Shown here: positions 1 through 8,558 of the stretch, one piece after another
Layout: each line of letters starts with the position of its first letter
Position numbering within the stretch: position 1 is the stretch's first letter
From: Myxococcota bacterium
Lineage (GTDB): Bacteria > Myxococcota_A > SURF-8
Length of the DNA: 64,000 nucleotides
Assembly: GCA_965140415.1 (NCBI GenBank)
Contig: OZ223209.1
Location: 608,001 to 672,000 of the forward strand
Direction: 5' to 3'
Program-made: the position numbers and the translations under genes
Notes under the pieces: generated by a model
What the model saw: only the letters and a program-made list of their open reading frames with translations
Database searches by the model: none
Told to the model about the DNA's origin: nothing

Positions 1-2
1 GT

Positions 3-413
3 TCGTTGCGCGAAGTGCAAGGCCCGGAAATCGGTCTGCGCAATTTCGTGATCACACCCGACAGCGAAGAGGTCTACACCATCGAAACCGACTGGGACGA
101 CTTCGACTGGGATAGCTACGATTGGGATAATTACACCACTGAAGATGACTTCTACGACGAAACCGGCTTCGAACCGACCCGGCTTTATCGCATCGATATC
201 GACGAAGCCGTCAGCGAACGGGTGAATCTGGATTGCAGCCGCCTACAAGGCGCATTGGGCCGCTGCATGCCCGACCGCATCAACATCACGCCTTCGGGCG
301 AAACGCTGGTGCTGGGATATAGCAGTTTAGGCGATTTCCTGCTGTACGATGTCGCCACGCAGAGCATTACGGATGTGATCGGACTGAGCGCCAGTCGCGA
401 CCAGATCGAGTGA
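3..413 (+). CDS. C-terminal fragment of a probable beta-propeller protein (5' end outside window)
   Basis: Frame is open from the window edge to TGA at 411-413. Blade-like segments FVITPDSEEVY and INITPSGETLVL; short DWDDF/DWDSY/DWDNY repeat. Confidence 0.6.
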   Translation, partial: SLREVQGPEIGLRNFVITPDSEEVYTIETDWDDFDWDSYDWDNYTTEDDFYDETGFEPTRLYRIDIDEAVSERVNLDCSRLQGALGRCMPDRINITPSGETLVLGYSSLGDFLLYDVATQSITDVIGLSASRDQIE

Positions 414-512
414 GTCGACGCACCGGCGACGCCCCTCTCCCGGCTCCCCGCCAACCCCCTCCGGGATAGCGTCCGGTGTTTTTTCCTGGCCTTCCTTTAT
501 TGGGAAGGTTTC

Positions 513-551
513 GGTCCCCCTTCCATTATTGAAGGGGGACCGCTCCTTTTT
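513..551 (+). terminator. Probable intrinsic terminator
   Basis: Perfect 11-bp stem GGTCCCCCTTC/GAAGGGGGACC (513-541) followed shortly by a T-run; two smaller hairpins precede it. Confidence 0.55.
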
Positions 552-946
552 ACGGTTATAGCCTCTTTTACTCAATTCTATTCATCTCATCTAGTAATCA
601 TGATGTGCCATGGTCTCACGGAATGGAAATTCCGGGAGGCCGTGTGTAACTTATTGAAGACACACAGCCTTCCACGATCTTCGATCGCGTAAGACTATGG
701 CACATATTCTTCAAGTTAGTGGCTGAAAATGACTAATACTACTTAATCTCTCGGTTCCAGCGCCTTACATTGTCATGCTTGCTTTACAGTTCGACCCCAT
801 CTGCGGTCAGAGTGGCAGTCGAGACGAATTGTTTAATTTTCTTGACGTTTTTGCATTTGCGGTCTTGATTACTTGACGATTTCTCCTGTGCCGCCTTCGG
901 GCTCTTTCATGCAAGAACAGAAGCTCCGCTTATTTTTGTTACGCAA

Positions 947-959
947 TATCAATCACTTG
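947..959 (+). promoter_or_regulatory. IHF binding site
   Basis: TATCAATCACTTG matches WATCAANNNNTTR exactly, about 40 bp upstream of a sigma54-like promoter. Confidence 0.55.
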
Positions 960-997
960 CCAAACAGAACCAAAACATGCTAGCTTGCCATGTCAGA

Positions 998-1013
998 TGG
1001 TATGGAACTTGCT
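998..1013 (+). promoter_or_regulatory. sigma54 (-24/-12) promoter
   Basis: TGGTAT-GGAAC-TTGCT (GG-N10-GC), about 55 nt before ATG 1069. Confidence 0.55.
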
Positions 1014-1068
1014 TATTCTGTTATCCGTATGGGAACGGTGGGTTTCGAATCGATTGGTGAGAGTCAAG

Positions 1069-3162
1069 ATGAACGCTGTAGAAACCATCTTAAAAAACAG
1101 GCTGCACACGCAATGGGTCGTGCTGTGGCTGATTGCCGCCCTGCTGTTGCTGTTCTCTGGTTGCGGCACGAGCAGTGATTCGGAAAATTCCAGCATGGAC
1201 GACGGCGGCGATTACGATTATTACGAAGAATACGGCAACGACCAAGCTACCGTTGGTGATGGCGATTCGGATTCTCCAGGTATCAGTGACCCGGAAGGAC
1301 CGCTCTCCCCAGCCGACAATGATAAGGGCACGGCCTATGCGCCCATGCTCTCCGACCCGGCTCAACTGACCGAGGTTTTCGGTGAAGAACTGCAAAGCAG
1401 CAACATCGATTACGGACAAAGCCTGCCGGGAAGCTTCGAAGAGCAAGTCCCCTTTGTGCCTTACACCTTCGATGCGCTGGCCGGAGCGCGGGTTACCATC
1501 AGTCTGCAAGTTGCCACTGGCGAGGCGGACCCGGTGTTGTACCTTTACGGCCCCAAATCCAATAACGGGCTCTGGGGAGACGCCTTGGCCGTCAACGACG
1601 ACTACGACGACAGTATCAACGCCCTGATCTTCGATTTCCCCATCTCGCGTAGCGGAAGTTATCTGATTCTGGCGACCCGCTTGGCGTTAACCGATGAAGC
1701 CGCCTTCGAACTTTCACTGGGTTGTCGCAATCTCTGCCAGGAACCTGTCTGCCCCGATTTGACCTGCCAGGGCTATTGCAACGCCGGGCTGCTCTCCGAC
1801 AGCAACGGCTGTACCAGTTGCCAGTGCAGCGGTTCCACATCCAGTTGGAACGGCGGCAATTTGGAAGATCCCTGTTCCTCCGATGACGATTGCAACGACG
1901 AGTTGATCTGTCTGGAAGGTTTCTGTGCGGACGTGGAAGCCCCCTACAACCCCTGCGAATGTCCCGGAATTTACGATCCGGTTTGCGGCCAGGATGGCAT
2001 TACCTACGCCAATGCCTGCGAGGCGGAATGTTACGGCAACACCACTTACAGTGCGGGCGAATGCGAAATCGACGGCGGCTGCACGTTCGATTCCGACTGC
2101 CCGGTCGATGAATTCTGTGTCGATGGTTTTTGCACCGCGCCCGCCGTCGGTTGCGGCTGCGAAGACGAAGAGCCTTTCCCGGTTTGCGGCGAGGACGGAA
2201 TCAGTTATCCTAGCGCCTGTGAAGCCGCCTGCGTCGACGTGGAAATCTGGTACGAAGGCGATTGCGACTGCCGCCCGGTCTGTGCCACGGACGGTCAAGG
2301 CTGGCAGAATTCCTGTACGCTGATGGCCATCAACTCGCAGAACTGCGAAGGCTGTCAGACCGTTTGCCGCAATGGCGGCACGGACAGCGAAGGCTGGTAT
2401 TCCAACTGCGATAACAGCCTGTTGGAACTGGCCGACTGCACCAGCGGCTGTGGTTGCCCCGAAGTGTGGCAGCCGGTCTGCGGCGAAGATGGCGTAACCT
2501 ATGAGAATCTGTGCCAGGCCCAATGCGCCGGAGCCTCGATGCTGTACAGCGGCGAATGCGATTTCTCGCGCGTTGGCTGCCAGAGCGATGACGACTGTCC
2601 CAGTGGATATCTGTGCGATCTTTCCGCTACGGATTGCGTTTCCGACCCGACAGGCTGCGGAGGAATCTGCATTTTGCCCAACGAAGCGTTTGCCTGTATC
2701 AGCGATCTGGATTGTCCCGAAGGACAGGTCTGCGAGTTCTGGTACGGTTCCGCCCAGGGAATCTGTAGCGAAGCCACCGACAGCCAGAGTTGCCAGATCA
2801 CCGGTTGTCACGGCGAACTGTGCCTGTCTTATCCTACGGGTTCTTCCTGTAACACCTACCAGCCGGAATTTGCCTGTCTGGCTTTTACCAGCTGTGAAGC
2901 CGTCAACGGTAGCTGTGGCTGGCAGGCCCTCGGCCCGGAATACGACCAGTGCATGACCGAGATTGCAAACGCCATGACCTGCACGGTCGACCGCGACTGC
3001 ATGGACACGCAATTCTGCCTTCGCGGCGTCTGCACGACCAGCGAATGCGTCTGCCCGACCGAAAGTGCGCCGATCTGCGGTAACGATGGCAACAGCTACG
3101 ACAATGCCTGCTTGGCAATTTGCGCCGGAGTCCAGGTCTTGCACGAAGATGCCTGCCCTTAA
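1069..3162 (+). CDS. Cys-rich lipoprotein with a PPC-like domain, four Kazal-type repeats, an antistasin-like motif and an eight-Cys-cluster module
   Basis: Lipobox LFSG-C; four PxCGxDGxxYxxxCxAxC units; CPDLTC..C..G...DSNGCTSCQC; CQITGCHGELC...CGW. Start moved to ATG 1069, downstream of the sigma54-like promoter. Confidence 0.85.
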   Translation: MNAVETILKNRLHTQWVVLWLIAALLLLFSGCGTSSDSENSSMDDGGDYDYYEEYGNDQATVGDGDSDSPGISDPEGPLSPADNDKGTAYAPMLSDPAQLTEVFGEELQSSNIDYGQSLPGSFEEQVPFVPYTFDALAGARVTISLQVATGEADPVLYLYGPKSNNGLWGDALAVNDDYDDSINALIFDFPISRSGSYLILATRLALTDEAAFELSLGCRNLCQEPVCPDLTCQGYCNAGLLSDSNGCTSCQCSGSTSSWNGGNLEDPCSSDDDCNDELICLEGFCADVEAPYNPCECPGIYDPVCGQDGITYANACEAECYGNTTYSAGECEIDGGCTFDSDCPVDEFCVDGFCTAPAVGCGCEDEEPFPVCGEDGISYPSACEAACVDVEIWYEGDCDCRPVCATDGQGWQNSCTLMAINSQNCEGCQTVCRNGGTDSEGWYSNCDNSLLELADCTSGCGCPEVWQPVCGEDGVTYENLCQAQCAGASMLYSGECDFSRVGCQSDDDCPSGYLCDLSATDCVSDPTGCGGICILPNEAFACISDLDCPEGQVCEFWYGSAQGICSEATDSQSCQITGCHGELCLSYPTGSSCNTYQPEFACLAFTSCEAVNGSCGWQALGPEYDQCMTEIANAMTCTVDRDCMDTQFCLRGVCTTSECVCPTESAPICGNDGNSYDNACLAICAGVQVLHEDACP

Positions 3163-5402
3163 CGACGAGAGCGCAGCCACCAGCCCAAGGCCGTTACACC
3201 CAACAGCACACCAACATATTGCAGCGTTTTCTCACATCCGATCATGGGAATGAACACCACACCCACCAACAGGACCGCAACCGCTGCCGCTGCATGATCC
3301 AGGAATCTGGCGAAGCCCGCCCAGAAACCGACCTGCTTCGAAGCTTCGTTTGCCATCAGGCTGGCCGCCAGTTGAAAGCCCGCCCCGGCAATTGTGGCCG
3401 TGATTAACAGAACAGCAAACAGCGATGTCGTCGCCACCCACTCTGGCCAGTTGGCGGACAACAGTGGCAAAACCCACCACAGCAGCAGTATCATCCCCGC
3501 AGCCATCAGCGCCAGCCACCTGATCGAAGCCGCCGGATCAGTCGAGCGGGTGGCCCGGCTTTCACCCAGATGCGCCCCCAGCCCCAACCCGGCCATATAG
3601 GCTGCCACCAGTACGCCCAGCCGGTAGTGCAACTGGCCATACGCCATTTGATACACGTTCATCAGCACAACTTCGGTCAGTATACCTCCGGCTCCCAGCG
3701 CACCAATCCACAAACCGCAGAGCAGCCCGGCATCTGCGCGTCTTGCACCCCAAAGAGAAAGCAGCGACCACAGCAGCAGGGCACCAGCCAGTAGAAAATC
3801 AAGATGCGTCTGCAACCACCGCAGCACAGAGAGCAAACCCGGTTCGAAGCGAGCACCATAGAGCGCCATGCTGTATCCCGGAGCACTGGGCGACAGATCC
3901 GTATTGGCTGTAACCTCGCGTTGTCTGACGTTTTCCATCGCCTGATGAAGCATGTCCAGTCTGCTAGCAGAAAGCGCGTCATCGAGCCAGGCGGCATTCA
4001 TCTGTTTCGGTATGATTCCGGCCCGCCGTACATTCGATGCGATTGTCTCTGCATCGGTCGTCAGTTTACCGTCGCTGCAAATCAACCAGTAGCGTCGTAA
4101 AGGTAAAATGGAACAGGTTTCAAATTCCGATGTTGCCGCCATTTCAACACTCGCCAGCAGATCCGCCTCCGGCGCAGAAATGTAATTGGCCGGTTCACTC
4201 AGGCCGACGAGCAGAATTCCGGCGCGATGTTCCCGGCTTTCCCGGCATAATGCCGTATGAGCCAGCGAAAAGAATTCCCGCGTCATCAGGCGACTGGCCA
4301 GAATGCTCCCCGGTTCGCCACCGGGAACGATGAGCAGATCCTGCTCTTTCAGATTCTCGGAGATCAACACACGGCGGGGATCGTCTTCCATTACGATGAA
4401 ACGTCCTGCTGAGTTCTGTTCTTGGCCGCAGTAGCGTGCTTCCCATTCGACGAAGAGTGGATCGGGTTGCACGTATTGAACGGAGAGTTCCGGAAGTTGC
4501 AGTAATCCCTTCGCCGCCTGGGCGGAGCCTTGCAGAACAAGGGCGTGGCTCGAATTGGGATTCTGCCCGGCAGCCAGCACCGCCAATTCCTCCGCCGACT
4601 GCCACTCCCCGCACTGCACCGCCGGACGATGTCCCCGGTAGATCGTGACCTGTTCGCCGTCCTGCACTGCGCCCAGTGTGCCGAAGCGGTTTTCCGCGCG
4701 TGCGATCAAAGGCAGATTTCGCACGGGAGATCCGTAGCGGTCGGGCAATAGCAACGCCGCGACCAGTATTATTCCCGTGACCGATAGCAGGATGACCATT
4801 TGTCGGTGTGAGCGATTTTCCGGCAAGGCAAGCCACGCCAGAAGCGCACACGTCATGACCAGCGACACCCACACCGCATCAGAACCCGCTATATCCAATA
4901 ACCAGGTGGCAAGTACGATTCCACCCAGCGCCGATCCCAACGCTTCCCACAGGCTGACATGTCGCAGCGACTCGCCGAAACGCCGACGTTGCGCGGATAC
5001 GTATAGCGAAAACAATGCACCCAGCGACAAGGCCGCGCCCGACACCGCAATGAATGATGTGAGCGTCGCCAGTAATGGCGAGGCGGAGAATCCGGCAGGC
5101 AGTCCCAGCCAGTCCGGACCACCGCGCTCGGCCAATAGCCAACCGAATAGCGCACCCGCTGGCGTGGCTAAAGACAGGCCGAAAATCCAGCCATGCAGGT
5201 TTTTGACTTGCACGGCCAGTCGCCCGGCTAATAACGCCGCGCTGCCGGTCACCACCAGCCAGGCGCATAAACCGATCCCGATCAGCAGTTCATTGTCCCC
5301 GAAGCGAGATAGCAATGTCCGCAGTAACAGCACCTGCGCAGCCACGGATGCTGCGCCGAAGGCGGCAATGGAGTATGACGACCCTGGCGAACGGGACGGC
5401 AT
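3159..5402 (-). CDS. Fused multi-pass membrane / spermidine-synthase-like protein
   Basis: N- and C-terminal TM bundles around a degenerate aminopropyltransferase-like core (ENRFG, LMTREFF, NTDLSP); last gene of the AmmeMemoRadiSam operon. Confidence 0.8.
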   Translation of the reverse strand: MPSRSPGSSYSIAAFGAASVAAQVLLLRTLLSRFGDNELLIGIGLCAWLVVTGSAALLAGRLAVQVKNLHGWIFGLSLATPAGALFGWLLAERGGPDWLGLPAGFSASPLLATLTSFIAVSGAALSLGALFSLYVSAQRRRFGESLRHVSLWEALGSALGGIVLATWLLDIAGSDAVWVSLVMTCALLAWLALPENRSHRQMVILLSVTGIILVAALLLPDRYGSPVRNLPLIARAENRFGTLGAVQDGEQVTIYRGHRPAVQCGEWQSAEELAVLAAGQNPNSSHALVLQGSAQAAKGLLQLPELSVQYVQPDPLFVEWEARYCGQEQNSAGRFIVMEDDPRRVLISENLKEQDLLIVPGGEPGSILASRLMTREFFSLAHTALCRESREHRAGILLVGLSEPANYISAPEADLLASVEMAATSEFETCSILPLRRYWLICSDGKLTTDAETIASNVRRAGIIPKQMNAAWLDDALSASRLDMLHQAMENVRQREVTANTDLSPSAPGYSMALYGARFEPGLLSVLRWLQTHLDFLLAGALLLWSLLSLWGARRADAGLLCGLWIGALGAGGILTEVVLMNVYQMAYGQLHYRLGVLVAAYMAGLGLGAHLGESRATRSTDPAASIRWLALMAAGMILLLWWVLPLLSANWPEWVATTSLFAVLLITATIAGAGFQLAASLMANEASKQVGFWAGFARFLDHAAAAVAVLLVGVVFIPMIGCEKTLQYVGVLLGVTALGWWLRSRR

Positions 5403-5411
5403 CAGATGCGC

Positions 5412-7109
5412 TTACTTATTGGAATGGTCGGCGTCGCTGAAAATAATCCCCTGGAATTTGAAGATCGTCACGCCCTTGTCCTTCCAGGCGTCCATGGGCA
5501 ATCCGGCTTTCTGGGCGGTGTGCTGGAGGAATTGCTCCCGATCCCAGCACCATTCCACCGGAACTTGAGGTAGCAGCAGACCGCGATACGGACCTTTCTG
5601 CATCATCAAACCGTCGCGACCGATTTGAATCTTGTTGACATCTTCCACCGGTTGCAGGGGAGTCAGCACCGTGACCTCATAGGAAAGCCGTTCCAACTCG
5701 CTTTCATCCACCGGCGGAAAACGCGGGTCCTGACTGGCGGCGGCAATGGCCATATCGCGCACGCACTCCCAAAGCGGGACATGCGCCTCGGTGTGCCCGA
5801 TGCAGCCACGCAGGTTGTTGTCGATTTTCAGCGTAACAAAGGCGGCCCCTTTTTGCAGCAGCAACTCATCCTCGATCTCGAAAGCCGGTTTACTGCGCGT
5901 CACGACGTAGCTGCTCACCGAACGTCGGGCGATGGCCAGCAGGCGAGCCTGTTGTTCCGTACTAAGCGTGTACTCCATCGTATTTCCTTTCTCGCGAAGT
6001 TGCTGCACGGTCTTGGGGGAACGCTGAAACGCCAGCGCCGCATACCCGACCACGCTCTTTTTCTCTCCGAAAGTATCCCCGCTGTTACGCATATCCAGCA
6101 ACAACGGCACTTTCTTTCCCAGTTGCTGCTGAGCCAGGATCATCGACAATACCGGCATCGGTCCGCAGATCTCCACTTTCTTGTCTACGCTCGCTGCCAA
6201 TAGTCCGGGACCGTTCAGGTTTCGAATCAGATCGACAGCGTCTTTGTCCATGCGATTGGCGGTGCGATAGGGATGAAAATGGGATAGATCGGTGGTTGCG
6301 ATAACCAGGGTATCGCGATGAATCGCATAGCGCTGCGCCAATACATCCGCCAGCATCTCCGCCAGGCCGGGATTGCTTTGAATGCCGAACATCAAGGGCA
6401 CGATCTTCGCTTTCGGCAGCACCGTTTGAATGAACGGCAGTTGCACTTCCAGCGAGTGCTCCCCGCCAAAAAGCGAACGCTGCTCCCGAATGAAGGGATA
6501 GCCATCCAACAGTTTGCGCACTTCTTCCACATCGACCGGCAGATCGCCAAGCGGCGTGCGGAAAGCCGGAGCGGTCGTTGTACCGACGGCTTGCAGTTTA
6601 AAGTTTCCATCCGGCGTAAAGGGATCGTGCGTAAAAGCCACCACGACAACGCGGTGGATGTCGCGCCCCTGCAACTGCCGATAAGCGGATGCCGCCACCG
6701 GACCGGAAAACACGTATCCGGCGTGTGGTACGAGAATTCCCCAGAGTTCGCCGATGGTCTGCGGCTTGGCCTTTTCCAGTAAATCACTCACCATGCGGCG
6801 CAGTTCGGTCGCATCGCCAGGATAGAAACCGCCCGCCATACTGGGGAGTATCGGAGGTTCTGCCGGCGTATTCTCTTTTGCGTCATTCGGGGAAGCGGAA
6901 GTAGAAGAAACAGAGTTCGTTGGGGTTGGTTTTTTTGCTTCCGCTGTCGTAGCTGCCAAAGCGGTGTTTCTATTGGCAGTGACTTCCGATTTCTGCGGCG
7001 TAGCCGGAGCTTCGCAGGCAAAACAAAACACAAGCGCCAAGACGGCTAGCAGCGCCGCCCATTTATTAATGTCGATTCGATAGTTGCGTTGTACCCGAGT
7101 CATGCTCAT
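5412..7109 (-). CDS. amrB: AmmeMemoRadiSam protein B/A fusion (MEMO1 + AMMECR1 domains) with N-terminal lipoprotein signal
   Basis: MEMO motifs AGGFYP, PHAGYVFSG, EHSLEVQLPF, DLSHF, VVGY; AMMECR1 motifs FVTL..LRGCIG, DPRF, LLLPQV; lipobox CFA-C. Start is 7109 or 7103. Confidence 0.9.
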   Translation of the reverse strand: MSMTRVQRNYRIDINKWAALLAVLALVFCFACEAPATPQKSEVTANRNTALAATTAEAKKPTPTNSVSSTSASPNDAKENTPAEPPILPSMAGGFYPGDATELRRMVSDLLEKAKPQTIGELWGILVPHAGYVFSGPVAASAYRQLQGRDIHRVVVVAFTHDPFTPDGNFKLQAVGTTTAPAFRTPLGDLPVDVEEVRKLLDGYPFIREQRSLFGGEHSLEVQLPFIQTVLPKAKIVPLMFGIQSNPGLAEMLADVLAQRYAIHRDTLVIATTDLSHFHPYRTANRMDKDAVDLIRNLNGPGLLAASVDKKVEICGPMPVLSMILAQQQLGKKVPLLLDMRNSGDTFGEKKSVVGYAALAFQRSPKTVQQLREKGNTMEYTLSTEQQARLLAIARRSVSSYVVTRSKPAFEIEDELLLQKGAAFVTLKIDNNLRGCIGHTEAHVPLWECVRDMAIAAASQDPRFPPVDESELERLSYEVTVLTPLQPVEDVNKIQIGRDGLMMQKGPYRGLLLPQVPVEWCWDREQFLQHTAQKAGLPMDAWKDKGVTIFKFQGIIFSDADHSNK

Positions 7110-7131
7110 ACTCCCGTTGTCGCACCCTGTT

Positions 7132-7341
7132 TCATCGGGTCTTTTTGCTTTTACGCTTATAGTGCCTAGCAGGATGATCCGAAAGGCTTCCATACGCAAG
7201 CAGATCGCTCAACTCTTGGAGTGATTCGTCTTTACTCGTATGCCGCGTCTTATGCGAATTCAAACCCAGTGTGACCCCCGCAATTCCGGCTAATGCCGTC
7301 TTCAGAAATCCTCTACGATTGCTCGCCAAAAAGCCTTTCAT
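7132..7341 (-). CDS. Small Tat-signal protein with C-terminal GSLSDHPARHY motif
   Basis: NRRGFLK plus hydrophobic stretch; GGAG SD; fills the gap between amrS and amrB; motif shared with 8337-8558. Confidence 0.75.
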   Translation of the reverse strand: MKGFLASNRRGFLKTALAGIAGVTLGLNSHKTRHTSKDESLQELSDLLAYGSLSDHPARHYKRKSKKTR

Positions 7342-7345
7342 AAGT

Positions 7346-8313
7346 TCAACTCCAAACTCCCCGAACCGGAAATCCGCAATGTACGCAATTTCCCTTCTCC
7401 AGATGGTATTCTTTTATCCGGTAGCCGTCACGGACAACCACTACTGTACCACAAGCCGGGCAAAGCGTGTCCTGAAATTCCCTTTCACGCAAATTTCCGA
7501 CGTATACATGTTTCAAGCCGGCGTCTTTGCCACGTGCGCCGCTGCCAGTAACGTTTTTGTCGGTGTGGGCGGTAGATCGGTCAAGCGGTATTGAGGAAAG
7601 AAACGCGAAAAATGCAGCGGGGTTTCTTCGCCCAGCGTTTCCTTGATCCAGGCGCACATCTCGGCGATCATGCCCAAATCGTCATTGGCGGTTGGGACGA
7701 TCAGATTGGTGATCTCCACCAGCATCCCTTGCTTGACCATCGTTTCCAGAGCGTGCATGACCGGCTTCAGGCGGGCGTCGCAATATTCACGGTAAAAGCG
7801 GTCGTCGAAGGATTTCAAATCAACGTTGGCCCCATCGCAGATCGAGCACAGCTCCAGTAACGGTTCATGTTCGATATAACCTGCCGTAACCAGAACGTTT
7901 TTCAAACCGTTTTGTTTGGCCAGTTTGGCGGTGTCGTAGGCGTACTCGAAATAAATAACCGGATCGGTGTAGGTATAGGCAATGGACCGGCAGTGGTTGC
8001 GTTTTGCCGCCTGCACGATGGCCTGCGGGGGCATGTCGGTATTGTTCAGTTCTTCCGGGTCCGCCTGGGAAATACTCCAGTTCTGACAGAACGCGCAGTG
8101 CAGGTTGCAGCCGGCGGTAGCCAGCGAAAAGATCGGCGTGCCTGGAAGGAAGTGGTACATCGGTTTCTTTTCGACCGGATCGATATGCAACGAGCAGGGC
8201 TTGCCGTATACCAGCGTGCGCAGGTTGCCGCTCCGGTTTACACGCACCCGGCAGTTGCCGCGCTCGCCATCGACCAGCTTGCAGCGCTTGGGGCACAGGC
8301 GGCATTCCACCAT
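7346..8313 (-). pseudogene. amrS: AmmeMemoRadiSam radical SAM enzyme, interrupted by a 1-nt frameshift near 7526-7528
   Basis: CRLCPKRC, GNCRVR, DPVEKKP, GCNLHCAFCQNW, DLK, PLHFSRFFP. The frame stops at KTPA*, while the normal tail DAGLKHVYVGN...CPACG...CVHCG lies in another frame; adding one A to GCAAAGAC restores it. Could be an assembly error. Confidence 0.85.
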
Positions 8314-8336
8314 GGTCGCTTCTTGTTTCTCGCTGC

Positions 8337-8558
8337 TTATGGTGTGACCTCGTTTTCCAGCACCTCGTAATGCCGCGCCGGATAGTCGGAAAGGTTGCCG
8401 TCTTCGATCTGGCGGTCGATCAGTTCCGCATCGATTTGCCGCATCGCGGCGCGGGGCGCTTGTTCCGTGCGATCCTGATACGCCACCACCCACAGCAGCA
8501 TGACGCTCACGCACAGCACCAGTCCCAACAGGATGCGATCATGCCAGGCGCGTTTCAT
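8337..8558 (-). CDS. Small single-TM protein with C-terminal GNLSDYPARHY motif
   Basis: AGGAGG SD; ATGA overlap with the upstream stop; one TM helix; motif shared with 7132-7341. Confidence 0.75.
   Translation of the reverse strand: MKRAWHDRILLGLVLCVSVMLLWVVAYQDRTEQAPRAAMRQIDAELIDRQIEDGNLSDYPARHYEVLENEVTP

Noticed and set aside
698-713. TGGCAC as a second sigma54 promoter
   Set aside because: The -12 GC is missing.
1714-3180. Long antisense ORFs (also 31898-33052, 38536-41028, 47657-48880 and others)
   Set aside because: They shadow well-supported genes on the opposite strand and carry no recognisable motifs.
8314-8514. Upstream extension of the amrS ORF as a true N-terminus
   Set aside because: It overlaps the better-supported 8337-8558 gene and looks non-protein-like; a frameshift fusion remains a minor alternative.
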